A DNA stretch of 64,000 bases from Bacteroidota bacterium (GTDB taxonomy: Bacteria; Bacteroidota; Bacteroidia; AKYH767-A; OLB10). The stretch covers positions 740,407-804,406 of the forward strand of contig JADJOA010000014.1 in NCBI GenBank assembly GCA_016714005.1, written 5' to 3'. Below, in pieces: positions 1 to 11,035 of the stretch. Both the position numbers and the translations under genes were made by a program. Numbering within the stretch: position 1 is the stretch's first letter; every line of letters starts with the position of its first letter. The notes beneath the pieces are model-generated. The model searched no databases. It saw only the letters and a list, made by a program, of their open reading frames with translations, and was not told the DNA's origin.

Positions 1-1184
1 AAAGTATAAGAAGGCACTCTTAAACCATGTTGCACAACATCGCAAGCAGTACCAGAACTATCAGGAAAATTGATATAGTGTAAATCAATAACGTAGTTAC
101 TTGATGTGATATAAATCTTTCCGTTTGCCGCTAAATACATTAACCAAAAATTCGTGCATGAAAAATTGTATGGATAACAATAGCCATCATAGGCTGCCAC
201 CAAAGTATCCGTGGAAGTAATGTTAGGTGCATTTGTATCAAGCTGATAGATATACCCACCAGATGAATAATAAAGATAACGAGAATTCGATGAAAAAGAC
301 AAGCCAAATCCGTAGTAATTATAATGTATTGCATAGCCTAAAGAGTCAAAATTTCCTGTACAACGATCAAAGGATAAAATCCTTACGTCATGAAATGCAC
401 CAAATTGTGTGAACCCATTTTTCCATGCAAACTTAGTTCCGTCAGGAGAAAAACAAGGCTGCCCTGCATTACCGTAAGTTGGTTGTGGCATATTTACCGT
501 TTGTGATGTAATACTTGCAATACCAGCAGGGGTAAACAAAATTTTAAAAATAGTATTGCTTGAATCTTTTACTGCAACAACCCACCAATCTCTTCCATTA
601 GCATGTTTACATGCGGCAATACCCTAACTTAAAGTATCACTAAAGGCAACAACATTTTTTGGTTGCTATCAACAGCACCTAAGCCACCATTTTTTAGCCA
701 TGTCAACAACCGTATAAAATATTTCAGGTGCGGCTAAGTTGGGAACTGTTGAAGTTGTACTCCCGATATGGTGGAATAGAACAAACCTATTAGAATCCCC
801 CGGATAAGGAATAATTAAATTAGCCCCAGACATAGGCATACCTGTTGTGTTAGTACAATATCCATTGTACCAGGTTCCTGGATTCAATTTTGCACCATTC
901 TGCATTGTATCACCCGTAGCATCCATAAGCCAACAACCATTACTTGCAAATAGGAAATTTCCATTTACATCACAAACATTTGCTTGTGTACCACTAAAAG
1001 GCATTTTCCTTGTTTCGCCTAACGTATCAGCACTATTTGAATTAAATAAAATTCTTGCCTTTGGTGCAGTCGTATTGGTATCAAATGTTAATTCAGAACC
1101 ATGTAGCCATACATGATTAAATCCTTGCCCGCATAAATGTGAACAAGAAATAGAAACAATACAAAATGCTATCAGTCTCAACAC
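1..1184 (-). pseudogene. Tandem paralog of the downstream T9SS-tailed protein, with a broken reading frame; its C-terminal part runs off the window start
   Basis: nt 1-1184 are colinear with gene 1184-2710 (rev-comp of 1-140 encodes MYLAANGKIYITSSNYVIDLHYINFPDSSGTACDVVQHG vs ...MYLAANGKIYLTSRNYVIDLHYINYPDSAGVTCDVVQHG). An intact N-terminal ORF lies at 669-1184 (171 aa) with the same signal peptide and GQGFNHVWLHGSELTFDTNTTAPKA block. There is a stop/frameshift near 620-670 and at least one more near 140-330. Confidence 0.55.
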
Positions 1185-2710
1185 TACTTAATAACGGCTA
1201 ACTTTTTAATAGCGAAGTATTCATCGCTTTTTACCACACACTGATAAACCCCACCACTCAACTCCGGCAATGTAAAACTCTGCTCATTACTCCATGGTGG
1301 CAAGTTATAATTGAAAACAAGTTTACCTGTTACATCAAAAATTTGAAATGTACCACTTTTGTTTTGCGGTAACAAATAACCAATAGAAAGTTGATTGTTT
1401 TTAGTTGGGTTGGGATAAATTCTAAAACGGAAATCGTGCTGAGAAATATCTTGAACTCCTGTGTAGCACGGGCAGCCGCTTGTTGTGTCGCAACCTAAGT
1501 AATAGTTGGGATGGTTAATGCCTCCATCAATTGTATAACATGGCATTCTTAGCCCGTGTTGCACAACATCACACGTAACACCTGCGCTATCTGGGTAATT
1601 GATATAGTGCAAATCAATGACGTAATTTCTTGAGGTGAGATATATTTTGCCGTTTGCAGCCAAATACATCGTAAAAAAGCGTGTACAGGTAAAACTATAT
1701 GGATAGCAGTAACCATCATAAACAGCAACTACGGAATCAGTATTTGAAATATTGGGCGAATCTGTGTCTAATTGATAGATACGAACACCTGAGGAGTAAT
1801 ACAAGAATTGAGAGTTTGGGGAAAAGGATAGCCCAAAACCAAATTCATTGTAACGAGTGGCATAGCCAAGGGAATCAAAGTTTCCCGTACACCTGTCAAA
1901 GGACAAAATCCGTACATCGTGAAATGCACCAAATTGCGTTAAACCATTTTTCCATGCAAACTTGGTACCATCAGGTGAAAAACATGGTTCTGCCACATTT
2001 CCATAGGTAGGGGATGGCATATTTACAGATTGAGATGTTACACTTGCAACTCCATTCGGTGTAAATAATATTTTAAAAATAGTATTACTTGAATCCTTTA
2101 CTGCCACAATCCACCAATCTCTGCCATTTGAATGTTTACAAGCGGCTAATCCCCAACTTAGAGTATCGCTAAATGCGATAACATTTTTTTGGTTGCTATC
2201 AACTGCACCTAACCCAGAATTTTTTGTCATATCAATAACAGTATAGAAGATCTCAGAGGCGACAGGAATTGGTAATGAGGCGCTCGCAGTGTGATGAAAC
2301 AAAACAAATCTATTTGAGTCGCCCGGGTAAGGAATAATTAAGTTACCACTTGGCATTATCATTCCAGAGGTAGTGCTACAACACGAATTAAACCATGTTC
2401 CTGGATTTAACTTGTTTCCATTTTGCATTGTATCTCCTGTTGCATCCATTATCCAACAACCATTACTTGCAAATAAAAAATTACCATTAGCATCACAAAT
2501 TGTTGCTTGAGTTGCATTAAATGCCATTTTCCTCACTTCTCCCAACGTATCAACACCAACTCCATCAAAAAACAATCGTGCTTTTGGTGCAGTAGTATTT
2601 GTATCAAATGTTAATTCTGAACCATGTAGCCATACATGATTAAATCCCTGTCCAAATAAGTTTGAATAGTTAAAAAGCAAAAAGAAAAAGACAACTACCA
2701 TATAAATCAT
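1184..2710 (-). CDS. Secreted hypothetical protein with T9SS C-terminal sorting domain (508 aa)
   Basis: N-terminal hydrophobic signal. The C-terminal ~80 aa (YPNPTKNNQLSIGYL...GGVYQCVVKSDEYFAIKKLAVIK) matches the Por_Secre_tail pattern. The start overlaps the stop of the upstream giant gene by 4 nt (ATGA). Confidence 0.8.
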   Translation of the reverse strand: MIYMVVVFFFLLFNYSNLFGQGFNHVWLHGSELTFDTNTTAPKARLFFDGVGVDTLGEVRKMAFNATQATICDANGNFLFASNGCWIMDATGDTMQNGNKLNPGTWFNSCCSTTSGMIMPSGNLIIPYPGDSNRFVLFHHTASASLPIPVASEIFYTVIDMTKNSGLGAVDSNQKNVIAFSDTLSWGLAACKHSNGRDWWIVAVKDSSNTIFKILFTPNGVASVTSQSVNMPSPTYGNVAEPCFSPDGTKFAWKNGLTQFGAFHDVRILSFDRCTGNFDSLGYATRYNEFGFGLSFSPNSQFLYYSSGVRIYQLDTDSPNISNTDSVVAVYDGYCYPYSFTCTRFFTMYLAANGKIYLTSRNYVIDLHYINYPDSAGVTCDVVQHGLRMPCYTIDGGINHPNYYLGCDTTSGCPCYTGVQDISQHDFRFRIYPNPTKNNQLSIGYLLPQNKSGTFQIFDVTGKLVFNYNLPPWSNEQSFTLPELSGGVYQCVVKSDEYFAIKKLAVIK

Positions 2711-5700
2711 TTTATAATAACTAACTTTTTGAGAATACTATATCCATCGTTAGATTTTATTTTTACAAAATAAAATCCTTGTTTTAATTTACTTAAATCA
2801 ACATTGTTTTGCTCCCTGTTGCAATCAATATTTTGAATCATCACAATTTGATTAGATGCATTAAATATAAGCAACTTGCATTCCACAGGCAAAGGGTTTT
2901 GTATATGAACTACTAACTCATTTTGAGCAGGATTGGGAACAATTGCAAATGCGATGTCTTTTTTATTTATTGTCGTCTGATCTTGAACCTTCCGATAAAA
3001 ACCAAACTGCAAACAAGTGTTTTCATCATCATAATCAATCCAATCAGGGTAATAAAAACTCAAGAAAGCTCTTGCAAGAGATACAGCTTTGCCTCCTGCT
3101 TGTGGACATTGCATGGCAATGGGGAAGATGGAGCCAAAATAGTTTGGCGCAACTCCTTCACCATACTTACCTACATTCAAATATGCTTCATTAACTATCT
3201 TAAGGTTTTCTTCCGGCAATTCCTCGGGTATAATTATACTGTTTATTTGCAATGCCTCGTCATACTTGCCTGTTGCATAGTACTGACGCTGAGAGTTGAG
3301 ATTAACTAATGTCACTTCCAAGTTGGCAATGTTTGCTTTAGCTGTTTGAATTTGCAAATTGTAATTTACTGTAGGATTATTTATTGCTAAGATATTCAAA
3401 TTATTTAGGTTTTCTACATTGCTATTCAACAAATTTTTCGCCTGCTCAATTAACGCAAGGTATTGCGATGAATAAATTTCGTTTGATGATTTATATTCTA
3501 CTGCATATAATTTACCAATTGATTCGTTTTGTTTTTCAGTATAAAAATCAGTGTAAGCTACCTCGGTGTTAAGCAGTGTAGCATCCTCCGATAATTTTTC
3601 AAACAAGTATTGTTCAGCCATGCTTTTGCTTTCAGGTTTAAAATCTACTGTTTCGGTTTGTTCATTGGCAATCATCATTTCGTAACTTCTGTTTGCATTA
3701 GAAGTTGTATCGGCAGAACAAGCATTTATCGATAAGCATGATTCAGTACTACCTGAAGGGTTTGTAACAAACCAATCATCTGACCCTACAGCTAAACCTG
3801 TATCATTATATAAGGGTATGTAAGTAAAATGAGAAAATGCAGTACGAGGTAATTTTGGATAGTAATATGATGAACCACCAATTGACTGCGCCATAGTATC
3901 AATAACAGTAAACCTTGATGCTATTAATCCTAAGCCTACGTTATTCAAATTATTAGCACCATTATATGCTGAAATATTATATCCAAAATTTCCATTAAAA
4001 ATATTACCCGCTTGTACTTGCTGACCAATGCTGGCATTGGTACCAAGATTTAACCCTGTAAAATTATTATTCATGGTATTTGCTTTGTAAGAAGTGCCTG
4101 CGCAACCTCCTTCAAACCTAAAGCCAGCTATTTGATTGGTAACTTCATTACAATGGTAATTGCTGTTGGTTGAGTTAACAATATACATACCTGCTAAACC
4201 GGAAACTAAATTAGAACCAGTCCAGGTAATATGATTGCATGAAACCAAAACGCTATCGCAAGCTGAAAGGAAAATGCCTCTGCACAAAAGGGGTGGGGAG
4301 CCGCTTCCAAGCAGGGTGGTTTGAGTAATGTTGTTGCCTGTTATTTGATTTTTTTTGAGGTTTCCACCATACACCCCATACGATGCACCGTTTAGATTAA
4401 TGGTATTATTCCAAATAAAATATTTGGTAGTGCTGTTTGCACCTTCAGATAAATAAACCCCGTAACCATAGCCTTGTAATGGCGCTGTAAGTGGGCTTAC
4501 AACTATGGTGTTGTTGCGCACAATAATAGAATCTCCCGTTGCAGCCAGAACAGTGTTAGCGCGTGAATCAATACCTATAGATTTGGTGTAAATGGAGTTT
4601 CCGGTTATTTTTATTTTATTGGATGGGTGTGTACATGAGTTGATTTTAATACCTGTGCTAATTACCGAAATAATAGTGGTATCTATAGTAAGAGAGCTAT
4701 AGTTAGCATACACACCACCATAGCAGCCTGCAATTGTTGCATTGGTATTATCGTTTCTGGGATACACTGTAAGGTTGCCAGGTCTTACTGATGATGTTCC
4801 GGTAGATGTAATTGCATACCCAAAACTTATTCCGGCAATTAAGTAAGAAGGATCAATGTGTATGTTATCAAAGAAAGAATTACGGACAATAGCCCCGTTG
4901 CATCTATAAGCAATTATACCGTTATTCATGTTTATAAATTGGTTTTTATCAGAAATAGAACTGTTGCTGCCAATTGTTCCAGCCCAATCATTTAATTCAA
5001 TACCTGAGTGAGGAATAGTTATGGAGGTATTTTGCCCTGCATATCGGTTTTTAAATGCGGGTGCAATCATTGCAAAAACAGTTCTTGTAATTTCAAGCTG
5101 AGTGCCATTAACTGATGTGGTTCCATTCTTTTGTGGTACAAAAATGCCTTTCATGTTGTTGTGAAAGTAGCTATAGTGTGATTTTATTTTTGATTTGTCG
5201 TGCGCAAAAATGGCTATGTTGGCATCTTTAATATATGATTCTTCGTCTAACTCCATAGTAGGTATGAGAGGAGAACTACTAAGGAGTTTGCGCATAACCA
5301 CCCCGCGCCACATGTGGGTGCAGCCTTCAATAACTGTTTCATTCAAATAAAACACGCCACTGTCAAGCACTACAATTTGAGCGCCTGAGTCAACAATCAT
5401 TTTGCATTGAAAGAGTTGCAAGGTATCGTTTACGAATAGTGTATCTTTCAGGTAGAAGTTGGTTGTGTAGAAAGTATTTGGCAAAGAAGTGGAGTAAACG
5501 TTGTGATTAAGTAGCATGGTAGTGGAATCGGAACATGGTAAATATGTGGTAACGCATACGCTGTCGGTAACCGTTGTTCCTGTTGCATTGTTGGCTACCC
5601 ACACTTGGTTATAGTTAGCACTGCACGGGTTGGCTTGTAAAAAATAACCCAGTAAGTTAATAGTGCTGCAATCGCCAGCATTTAATGTTAAAGGGGAAGG

Positions 5701-8700
5701 AATGGAACCGAAAGTGATAACAAAGTTTGCGGGAAGTGTATCTGTAACGGCAAGAGTAAGCGTAGTATCGCTTTTATTACAAATTTCAATGGAATATTGT
5801 ACAATATCAGAATAAGAGGCAGCGTGTGTTGTATCAACGGTTTTGGTAACGGAGAAACAATCTGTGCAATGACTTCCTTGATAAACATACGCTTCGGGAT
5901 CAAACAGTGCAGTTGAATCTGCAGTAGTTGAAACCACGGTATCATTACAAAATGTTACACCTTCTAAATTTATATCAGCAAAAGCGCGGGGTGGAGAAAA
6001 GCTGCAAGTTGGCACTACCGTAACAAGTATGCAAATTGATTTACCAAGCGCCATTTCTCCATCAGTTATTCCAATAGCATTCAATGAATCTATGCTAATG
6101 CTCCATGTGAAGGAATTTACAGGGTTTAATCCAACCGTGTCGGAGTTTGGAAAGCCAACTGCTCCCGGTTGATATGCAGAAGCACTTAAAATAGTTAAGC
6201 CTGTAGGAATGTTTGTTAGGAAAACATTTTGCGGATAAAATGTTCCGTCAGATGTAGAACTGAACTTGGCTAAGTATTGAATGGTATCGCACAAATAATA
6301 ACCGGAACCAATGTATTCAAGCCCGAAGTTTTCTAATTTAAACTCTCCGTCTTGCAAAGTTATTTGCTGCTCCACAGCCATGCACGTGTTTGAAGGACTG
6401 AAAGGTGTGGTAGGATAATTATTACAATTCCAGCCTGTGTAAATACTGATTGTATCAGTAACGCTATCTCCCAAACAGGAAATATAAGACGCACATAATC
6501 GCCCTGTAATTTTAGTTGTATCATTTGCAAGCGAGGGCGAAACAGGAATGACCTGACCTATTACATTTATAGGCGCTCCATTAGTTGGAATAAACTGCCA
6601 ATTGGAAAGATAGGGAACTGTTGTTGCAGAGGGTACAGCAATATAAATGAAATTAGCGGCTGCCGTAAGATAGCTTTCAGTATTTACAATCAGGCTTACA
6701 GGAACGTTTGTAAAAGTAATACTGTCGCAAACTGTTCTTTTTGTAACTGTAATATCGGTTTGGTTATAAACTGCATTTAAATGAGGCACGTTTATAAAAA
6801 CACCATCTTCAACTAAATTAAGTGTATCGGCATTGGCTGTGCAGTTTGTATTGATATTTAAACAAGGTATAACTACTCCGTTAAAAGAAACGGTAAGGCT
6901 TGAATCATCAACAACTAAAACAGAATCGCAATTTTGTTTTTGTAAGGTAAATTCAATAATGCGATTTGTATATTGATCTCCAATATATGCCGTAGTGTCA
7001 GCAAAAGGATAGGTTGTGTTTGTATCAATACAAAGAGCAGGAGCAAACACAGTGTTATTAAATGCAACAAGCCCTGTGTTTGAGGGTGGAGTAAATGCTT
7101 GCCAGTTTGTTGCTACACCTACAGTAGCCGTTGGGCTTGATGGTGTTGTTATATCCAATTCCATTTGGGTTCGTGCTGCTGTAATTGTATAACCGGAAGG
7201 GATTTGAACTGAGTAATTTTCAGGACCTAAAATGGGTGGACGATATTCGTAAGGGTATGCATTGACTACTTTGTTATCGAAGTTGGCAATGTTTGTCGAC
7301 ACTTCAATTCTCAAAGTTTTTGTACAAGCCGATGTATTAAAATAGCGGCTGTTATTTTGTATTTGTGATGCAAAATGATAAAACCTGCCACCATACGTTT
7401 CGCAGAAAAATAAATAGTGGTTTGTATAGGCTGTGTCCATCAGGTTCATTGGTGGAGATTGCGATGTATCAAGTGTTATATTTAGGGAATCATTAAGTTC
7501 AGCAACTGTATTTAAAGCCTGATGAAAAGTGCTAACATTGGCAGTGGTTTTTATATCGCCACTTAAAAACATGGTATTTTGAATGTTTATTTCTTTTATA
7601 TAATCTTCCAGTACCAATGAAAGCGGATTGGGTTGCCAGTTACCACAAACGCGATAGGTTACTTTAAGCCTGTATTGCTGGTTAATTTCAAATGTGGTGA
7701 ACGGATTAGTTGCATCGTTGTTAAAGTAAAGAGAAGGATATTGATGTAACGTACCTGCTAATGTTCCTGAACTATCATAGGCAGTAAATGTAAACAGGAA
7801 TACATTATTGGTTGCTCCTGTTGAAAGGAAAGTGGCAAGGTTTGCGCCACCTATTCTTACTTCGCGTTGTGTTCTCCATTTTGCGGGGTCGTCTTCAAAT
7901 TCACTGCAATTGATGCAGTTTGGAGTTGTGGTGTTGGGCGCATCAATGTATAAATAAATGCTATCAACCGTTAAAGCAAACGTATCAAATCCCATAGGGA
8001 TAATTCTTGAAAGTTGAAGGACGGGAAGGTTTGCACCTATCGCAGTCATTTGCGAATAAGTATATCCAATTCCAAATTCTCCATCCTGAAAATGTGAAGA
8101 TGTGTAATCGGTAACTCTATCACCAAAACTACTGGCATTGGTTCTAAGCAGTTGTTCAAAATTGTTGTACCAGGTACTGTTTGTGTTTATTTGTGGCAAT
8201 CCTGCATCAGCCCTTGAATCATTATCCGAGTCCTGCAAACCGAAACTGGAACGTTGCATGTTGTACTTGTCAACTATAATTCCCGGGTGTGCGCAGCCAG
8301 GACAATGCACAATTATTTTTGCTGTATTTTTTCTTAAGGGCAACCATTGTGCATAGGTCGGACTGAAAGTAAGCGTGTCAATGTTATTAGTCGGGATGTT
8401 GAGGGTAACGCATGAGTTTGGATTTGCCAGTAAACAAAACTTGACTTCGTAAGGTGTTTGGTCGGGAGTGTTTGCACAGCAAGCCTGAAGTTTGAATTCA
8501 AATGTTCCTCTGTCTAAAAAATCTTTCATGGCACTATCACTTAAATTATAATAGTAAAACCATTCTGATGCCGTGCATAAATTAGGATTGCTTGCTGTAT
8601 GCCAATAAATGGGTATGGCAGTTATAGAAGAACCAGTAAGCGGGTTTGTTAATTTTAGGTTTGCATGAGTGGACGGGTCTTTGATTCGTAACCCAACAGC

Positions 8701-10392
8701 AGTTTTTACACTTATTCTTAAATAGCCTTGCAAGGTGCAATTATTGGGTTGGTTGTTACAGCCTAATAAGTTGTAGTCATTAAATGCGCTCGCTTCTATC
8801 AATCCTTTTAGGTTTATTGAGAAAATACTGCTGTCGCCAAAAGTTTGTCCGCTTGGTACGCTTAAATCGGTTTTCGTTGGATAGAAATCGGTTTGCAGAT
8901 TAAAGTCATATCCAGGTGGATTATCAAGATTAGAAATATAATTACTGCCCCAAAATGTCCGGTTCGGTGGATTGGGAGATGCCTCTTGAATGGTAACTAT
9001 TCCGTTGCAGACAGATTTGCTTGCTGTTTTTAAACTATCAAACGACCAACGGCTGTAATATTTTGCTTGGTTGTAAAGCGAATCGTTTTCTTCGCTGCAT
9101 TTAAAAGTGGTGAAGAAAAACTCGAGTGTATCATTTACACCAAAGTCTTTAATTGCAACTCTTGCACTACTCAAAGCATCAGTAACTGATGTTGTGCAAA
9201 AGGAAGCAGTTTTTAAAATAAATGTGGTATCAATTATTGCGCATTGTGTGCATTTTGTTTGTACTCGCACTGATTGTTTGGAAACAAGCGAAAGAAAATT
9301 TATAGAATTTGGAAACGCGCCAAGTTGTTTGAAAACAAAACGCATAGTGTCAATGGCTTCGCCTCCGCTATTTGTAAATCGGTAATGCCAGTCAATGCTT
9401 TGTGATGTATCGTTAGGGCAACTGTTATCGTTAGGAGTTGGAGCAGGTAAAACCCGGTTTACAAGTATTCTATCATCTGTGGTTTGGCTTACTTTATATG
9501 TATGAACAAATGAAATGCCGTTACACTCACTACAAAATAAATTATCTGTTGGGCTATGACTGCAACGGTAAGTAAGTGATGCTGAAACATTGCCTGAATC
9601 ATTAAGGCAATCATTTAAACTTACAAGTTGCCTGATACATAAAGTATCAAGCGGATTGATGACTGTTGTTATTTCATTTCCGGTACTAAAACTTGTAAAG
9701 GATGTGCCAGATGTATCTCTAAAGCTAAAGCCCAAATCCACCAATTGATTATAATAATTTGGCGTAGCATCAGGATTAAAAGTAAACTTGATAAAGAGGG
9801 GAATAGTTGGGTTTGTGTTTTTGTAATAGAAGTTCAGATAACGCGGTGTTAAATATCCAACCTGAAAATTTTGTGTTCCGGTAACATTGACCAATTGTGG
9901 AATTTGAAAACTGGTGGACAAAGTATTATTTGCTTCACCTGCAACTATATAGGAATATTGGTTTGATGCATCTGTAAAAGTTTGAATTAAATTATAGGTA
10001 GAGTTTGAACCTGCATTTAATCCTATTGAGCAATCAAGTAATATTTTATAATAAATAACGGTGCTTGCACTTGTAAGTGTTGCAACCCATGAGTTGTTAG
10101 CTGTGTCTGTTACAGCATTGGTATAAGTACCAATAATAGAATCAACCACAATTAAAATTCTTTCATCTGGAGAGCATGCTGAATTGGTATCTCCTGTACT
10201 TAAACTGACTGCTATTGTAAAGTGAGAGCCATTGGAACTAACCGATGCAGAAAAACGGTTTTCCATGCAGCCTCCAATTGCAGGTGAAAGCTGGCTTACT
10301 GTTATAGTGTCGGGTGTTTGTGCAATCAGGTTTGTTGTGCAAACGAAGCAAATCAGAATTTGCGTTGTGATAAGTGCGATTAGTTTTTTCAT
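2707..10392 (-). CDS. Giant (2561 aa) T9SS-secreted surface protein with parallel beta-helix repeat region; adhesin-like
   Basis: Uninterrupted 7.7-kb ORF with signal peptide MKKLIALITTQILICFVCTTNLIAQ. The Asn/Thr/Gly-rich repeats (NNTIVVS, NNTINLNGASYGVYGG, GNNITQTT) are typical of right-handed beta-helix. The C-terminus (VPNPAQNELVVHIQ...GFYFVKIKSNDGYSILKKLVIIK) is a T9SS CTD. Confidence 0.85.
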   Translation of the reverse strand: MKKLIALITTQILICFVCTTNLIAQTPDTITVSQLSPAIGGCMENRFSASVSSNGSHFTIAVSLSTGDTNSACSPDERILIVVDSIIGTYTNAVTDTANNSWVATLTSASTVIYYKILLDCSIGLNAGSNSTYNLIQTFTDASNQYSYIVAGEANNTLSTSFQIPQLVNVTGTQNFQVGYLTPRYLNFYYKNTNPTIPLFIKFTFNPDATPNYYNQLVDLGFSFRDTSGTSFTSFSTGNEITTVINPLDTLCIRQLVSLNDCLNDSGNVSASLTYRCSHSPTDNLFCSECNGISFVHTYKVSQTTDDRILVNRVLPAPTPNDNSCPNDTSQSIDWHYRFTNSGGEAIDTMRFVFKQLGAFPNSINFLSLVSKQSVRVQTKCTQCAIIDTTFILKTASFCTTSVTDALSSARVAIKDFGVNDTLEFFFTTFKCSEENDSLYNQAKYYSRWSFDSLKTASKSVCNGIVTIQEASPNPPNRTFWGSNYISNLDNPPGYDFNLQTDFYPTKTDLSVPSGQTFGDSSIFSINLKGLIEASAFNDYNLLGCNNQPNNCTLQGYLRISVKTAVGLRIKDPSTHANLKLTNPLTGSSITAIPIYWHTASNPNLCTASEWFYYYNLSDSAMKDFLDRGTFEFKLQACCANTPDQTPYEVKFCLLANPNSCVTLNIPTNNIDTLTFSPTYAQWLPLRKNTAKIIVHCPGCAHPGIIVDKYNMQRSSFGLQDSDNDSRADAGLPQINTNSTWYNNFEQLLRTNASSFGDRVTDYTSSHFQDGEFGIGYTYSQMTAIGANLPVLQLSRIIPMGFDTFALTVDSIYLYIDAPNTTTPNCINCSEFEDDPAKWRTQREVRIGGANLATFLSTGATNNVFLFTFTAYDSSGTLAGTLHQYPSLYFNNDATNPFTTFEINQQYRLKVTYRVCGNWQPNPLSLVLEDYIKEINIQNTMFLSGDIKTTANVSTFHQALNTVAELNDSLNITLDTSQSPPMNLMDTAYTNHYLFFCETYGGRFYHFASQIQNNSRYFNTSACTKTLRIEVSTNIANFDNKVVNAYPYEYRPPILGPENYSVQIPSGYTITAARTQMELDITTPSSPTATVGVATNWQAFTPPSNTGLVAFNNTVFAPALCIDTNTTYPFADTTAYIGDQYTNRIIEFTLQKQNCDSVLVVDDSSLTVSFNGVVIPCLNINTNCTANADTLNLVEDGVFINVPHLNAVYNQTDITVTKRTVCDSITFTNVPVSLIVNTESYLTAAANFIYIAVPSATTVPYLSNWQFIPTNGAPINVIGQVIPVSPSLANDTTKITGRLCASYISCLGDSVTDTISIYTGWNCNNYPTTPFSPSNTCMAVEQQITLQDGEFKLENFGLEYIGSGYYLCDTIQYLAKFSSTSDGTFYPQNVFLTNIPTGLTILSASAYQPGAVGFPNSDTVGLNPVNSFTWSISIDSLNAIGITDGEMALGKSICILVTVVPTCSFSPPRAFADINLEGVTFCNDTVVSTTADSTALFDPEAYVYQGSHCTDCFSVTKTVDTTHAASYSDIVQYSIEICNKSDTTLTLAVTDTLPANFVITFGSIPSPLTLNAGDCSTINLLGYFLQANPCSANYNQVWVANNATGTTVTDSVCVTTYLPCSDSTTMLLNHNVYSTSLPNTFYTTNFYLKDTLFVNDTLQLFQCKMIVDSGAQIVVLDSGVFYLNETVIEGCTHMWRGVVMRKLLSSSPLIPTMELDEESYIKDANIAIFAHDKSKIKSHYSYFHNNMKGIFVPQKNGTTSVNGTQLEITRTVFAMIAPAFKNRYAGQNTSITIPHSGIELNDWAGTIGSNSSISDKNQFINMNNGIIAYRCNGAIVRNSFFDNIHIDPSYLIAGISFGYAITSTGTSSVRPGNLTVYPRNDNTNATIAGCYGGVYANYSSLTIDTTIISVISTGIKINSCTHPSNKIKITGNSIYTKSIGIDSRANTVLAATGDSIIVRNNTIVVSPLTAPLQGYGYGVYLSEGANSTTKYFIWNNTINLNGASYGVYGGNLKKNQITGNNITQTTLLGSGSPPLLCRGIFLSACDSVLVSCNHITWTGSNLVSGLAGMYIVNSTNSNYHCNEVTNQIAGFRFEGGCAGTSYKANTMNNNFTGLNLGTNASIGQQVQAGNIFNGNFGYNISAYNGANNLNNVGLGLIASRFTVIDTMAQSIGGSSYYYPKLPRTAFSHFTYIPLYNDTGLAVGSDDWFVTNPSGSTESCLSINACSADTTSNANRSYEMMIANEQTETVDFKPESKSMAEQYLFEKLSEDATLLNTEVAYTDFYTEKQNESIGKLYAVEYKSSNEIYSSQYLALIEQAKNLLNSNVENLNNLNILAINNPTVNYNLQIQTAKANIANLEVTLVNLNSQRQYYATGKYDEALQINSIIIPEELPEENLKIVNEAYLNVGKYGEGVAPNYFGSIFPIAMQCPQAGGKAVSLARAFLSFYYPDWIDYDDENTCLQFGFYRKVQDQTTINKKDIAFAIVPNPAQNELVVHIQNPLPVECKLLIFNASNQIVMIQNIDCNREQNNVDLSKLKQGFYFVKIKSNDGYSILKKLVIIK

Positions 10393-10484
10393 GTTGATGA
10401 TGTTTTAGGAATTGTAAAACTACAATGCGGGTTTAAGATTTGTATTTTTTTATTATTAAAAAATTGGGTTAGACATGCTGGTGC

Positions 10485-10529
10485 AAAAAAAATCGCGCGG
10501 TACTCAGCCACTTGGTCTGAGGTACCGCG
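10485..10529 (-). terminator. Strong intrinsic terminator (minus strand): 12-bp GC-rich stem, 9-nt loop, U8 tail
   Basis: cgcggtactcag / ctgaggtaccgcg stem at 10496-10529. The A8 run at 10485-10492 on the plus strand gives U8 immediately 3' of the hairpin on the minus-strand transcript. Confidence 0.6.
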
Positions 10530-10908
10530 AAGCACCCACTACACAAATAAGCCAAGCCCGCGCTTAAGGCGAGCGTGTTGCTTATTCTTGTGCAGTGTAA
10601 AATTTCGCGGATTTTCAGACCAAGAATATTGCTAACGCAATTTTATATTTCTATTGAATTTTCAACATCGTAATTAATTTTTTGTTGGATAGACGATTTG
10701 ACCAATTTGATCTTCTAAAATCAAAAGTAAATTAATTTCAATTGCCCATTATTTAAAAACAGAGATTGTTGTACCTATGTTGTACCCATGTAATAGAAAA
10801 AGCCGCATCAACTGCGAATTTTCTCTTTGTGATAAAGAGCGGATTTGAACCAAGAACCTTTGGATTATGAACCTAATAAGAAAGAGAAACCGGTGTGCAA
10901 ATAGTGTG

Positions 10909-10940
10909 CAAATACAAAAGGAGTTCTTTTCAGAACTCCT
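10909..10940 (-). terminator. Hairpin immediately 3' of tRNA-Asn (minus strand), followed by a U-rich tract
   Basis: Perfect 9-bp stem aggagttct/agaactcct with a 4-nt loop at 10919-10940, 22 nt downstream of the tRNA 3' end. The minus-strand continuation reads TTTGTATTT. Confidence 0.5.
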
Positions 10941-10961
10941 TTAAGCTACTGATTATCAGTG

Positions 10962-11035
10962 CTCCCCCTCCTGGGCTCGAACCAGGGACCCCATGATTAA
11001 CAGTCATGTGCTCTAACCAGCTGAGCTAAGGAGGA
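10962..11035 (-). tRNA. tRNA-Asn (anticodon GTT)
   Basis: The reverse complement folds as a canonical 74-nt cloverleaf. Acceptor TCCTCCT/AGGGGGA (one G-U pair), D-arm GCTC..GAGC, anticodon stem CATGA/TCATG with loop CTGTTAA, T-arm CCTGG-TTCGAGC-CCAGG, discriminator G. CCA is not encoded. Confidence 0.9.

Noticed and set aside
2923-9385. Plus-strand ORFs (2923-3309, 2943-3194, 3384-3572, 8138-8356, 9107-9385) and minus 5688-5945 inside the giant gene
   Set aside because: Embedded in or antisense to a continuous 7.7-kb coding frame with clear protein features. They are low-complexity and have no signals, so they are spurious.
10845-10880. tRNA-like fragment (GGATTTGAACC T-loop-like string) near tRNA-Asn
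   Set aside because: No pairing partner for a T-stem or acceptor stem could be built. It is kept only as a weak hint of an old integration site.
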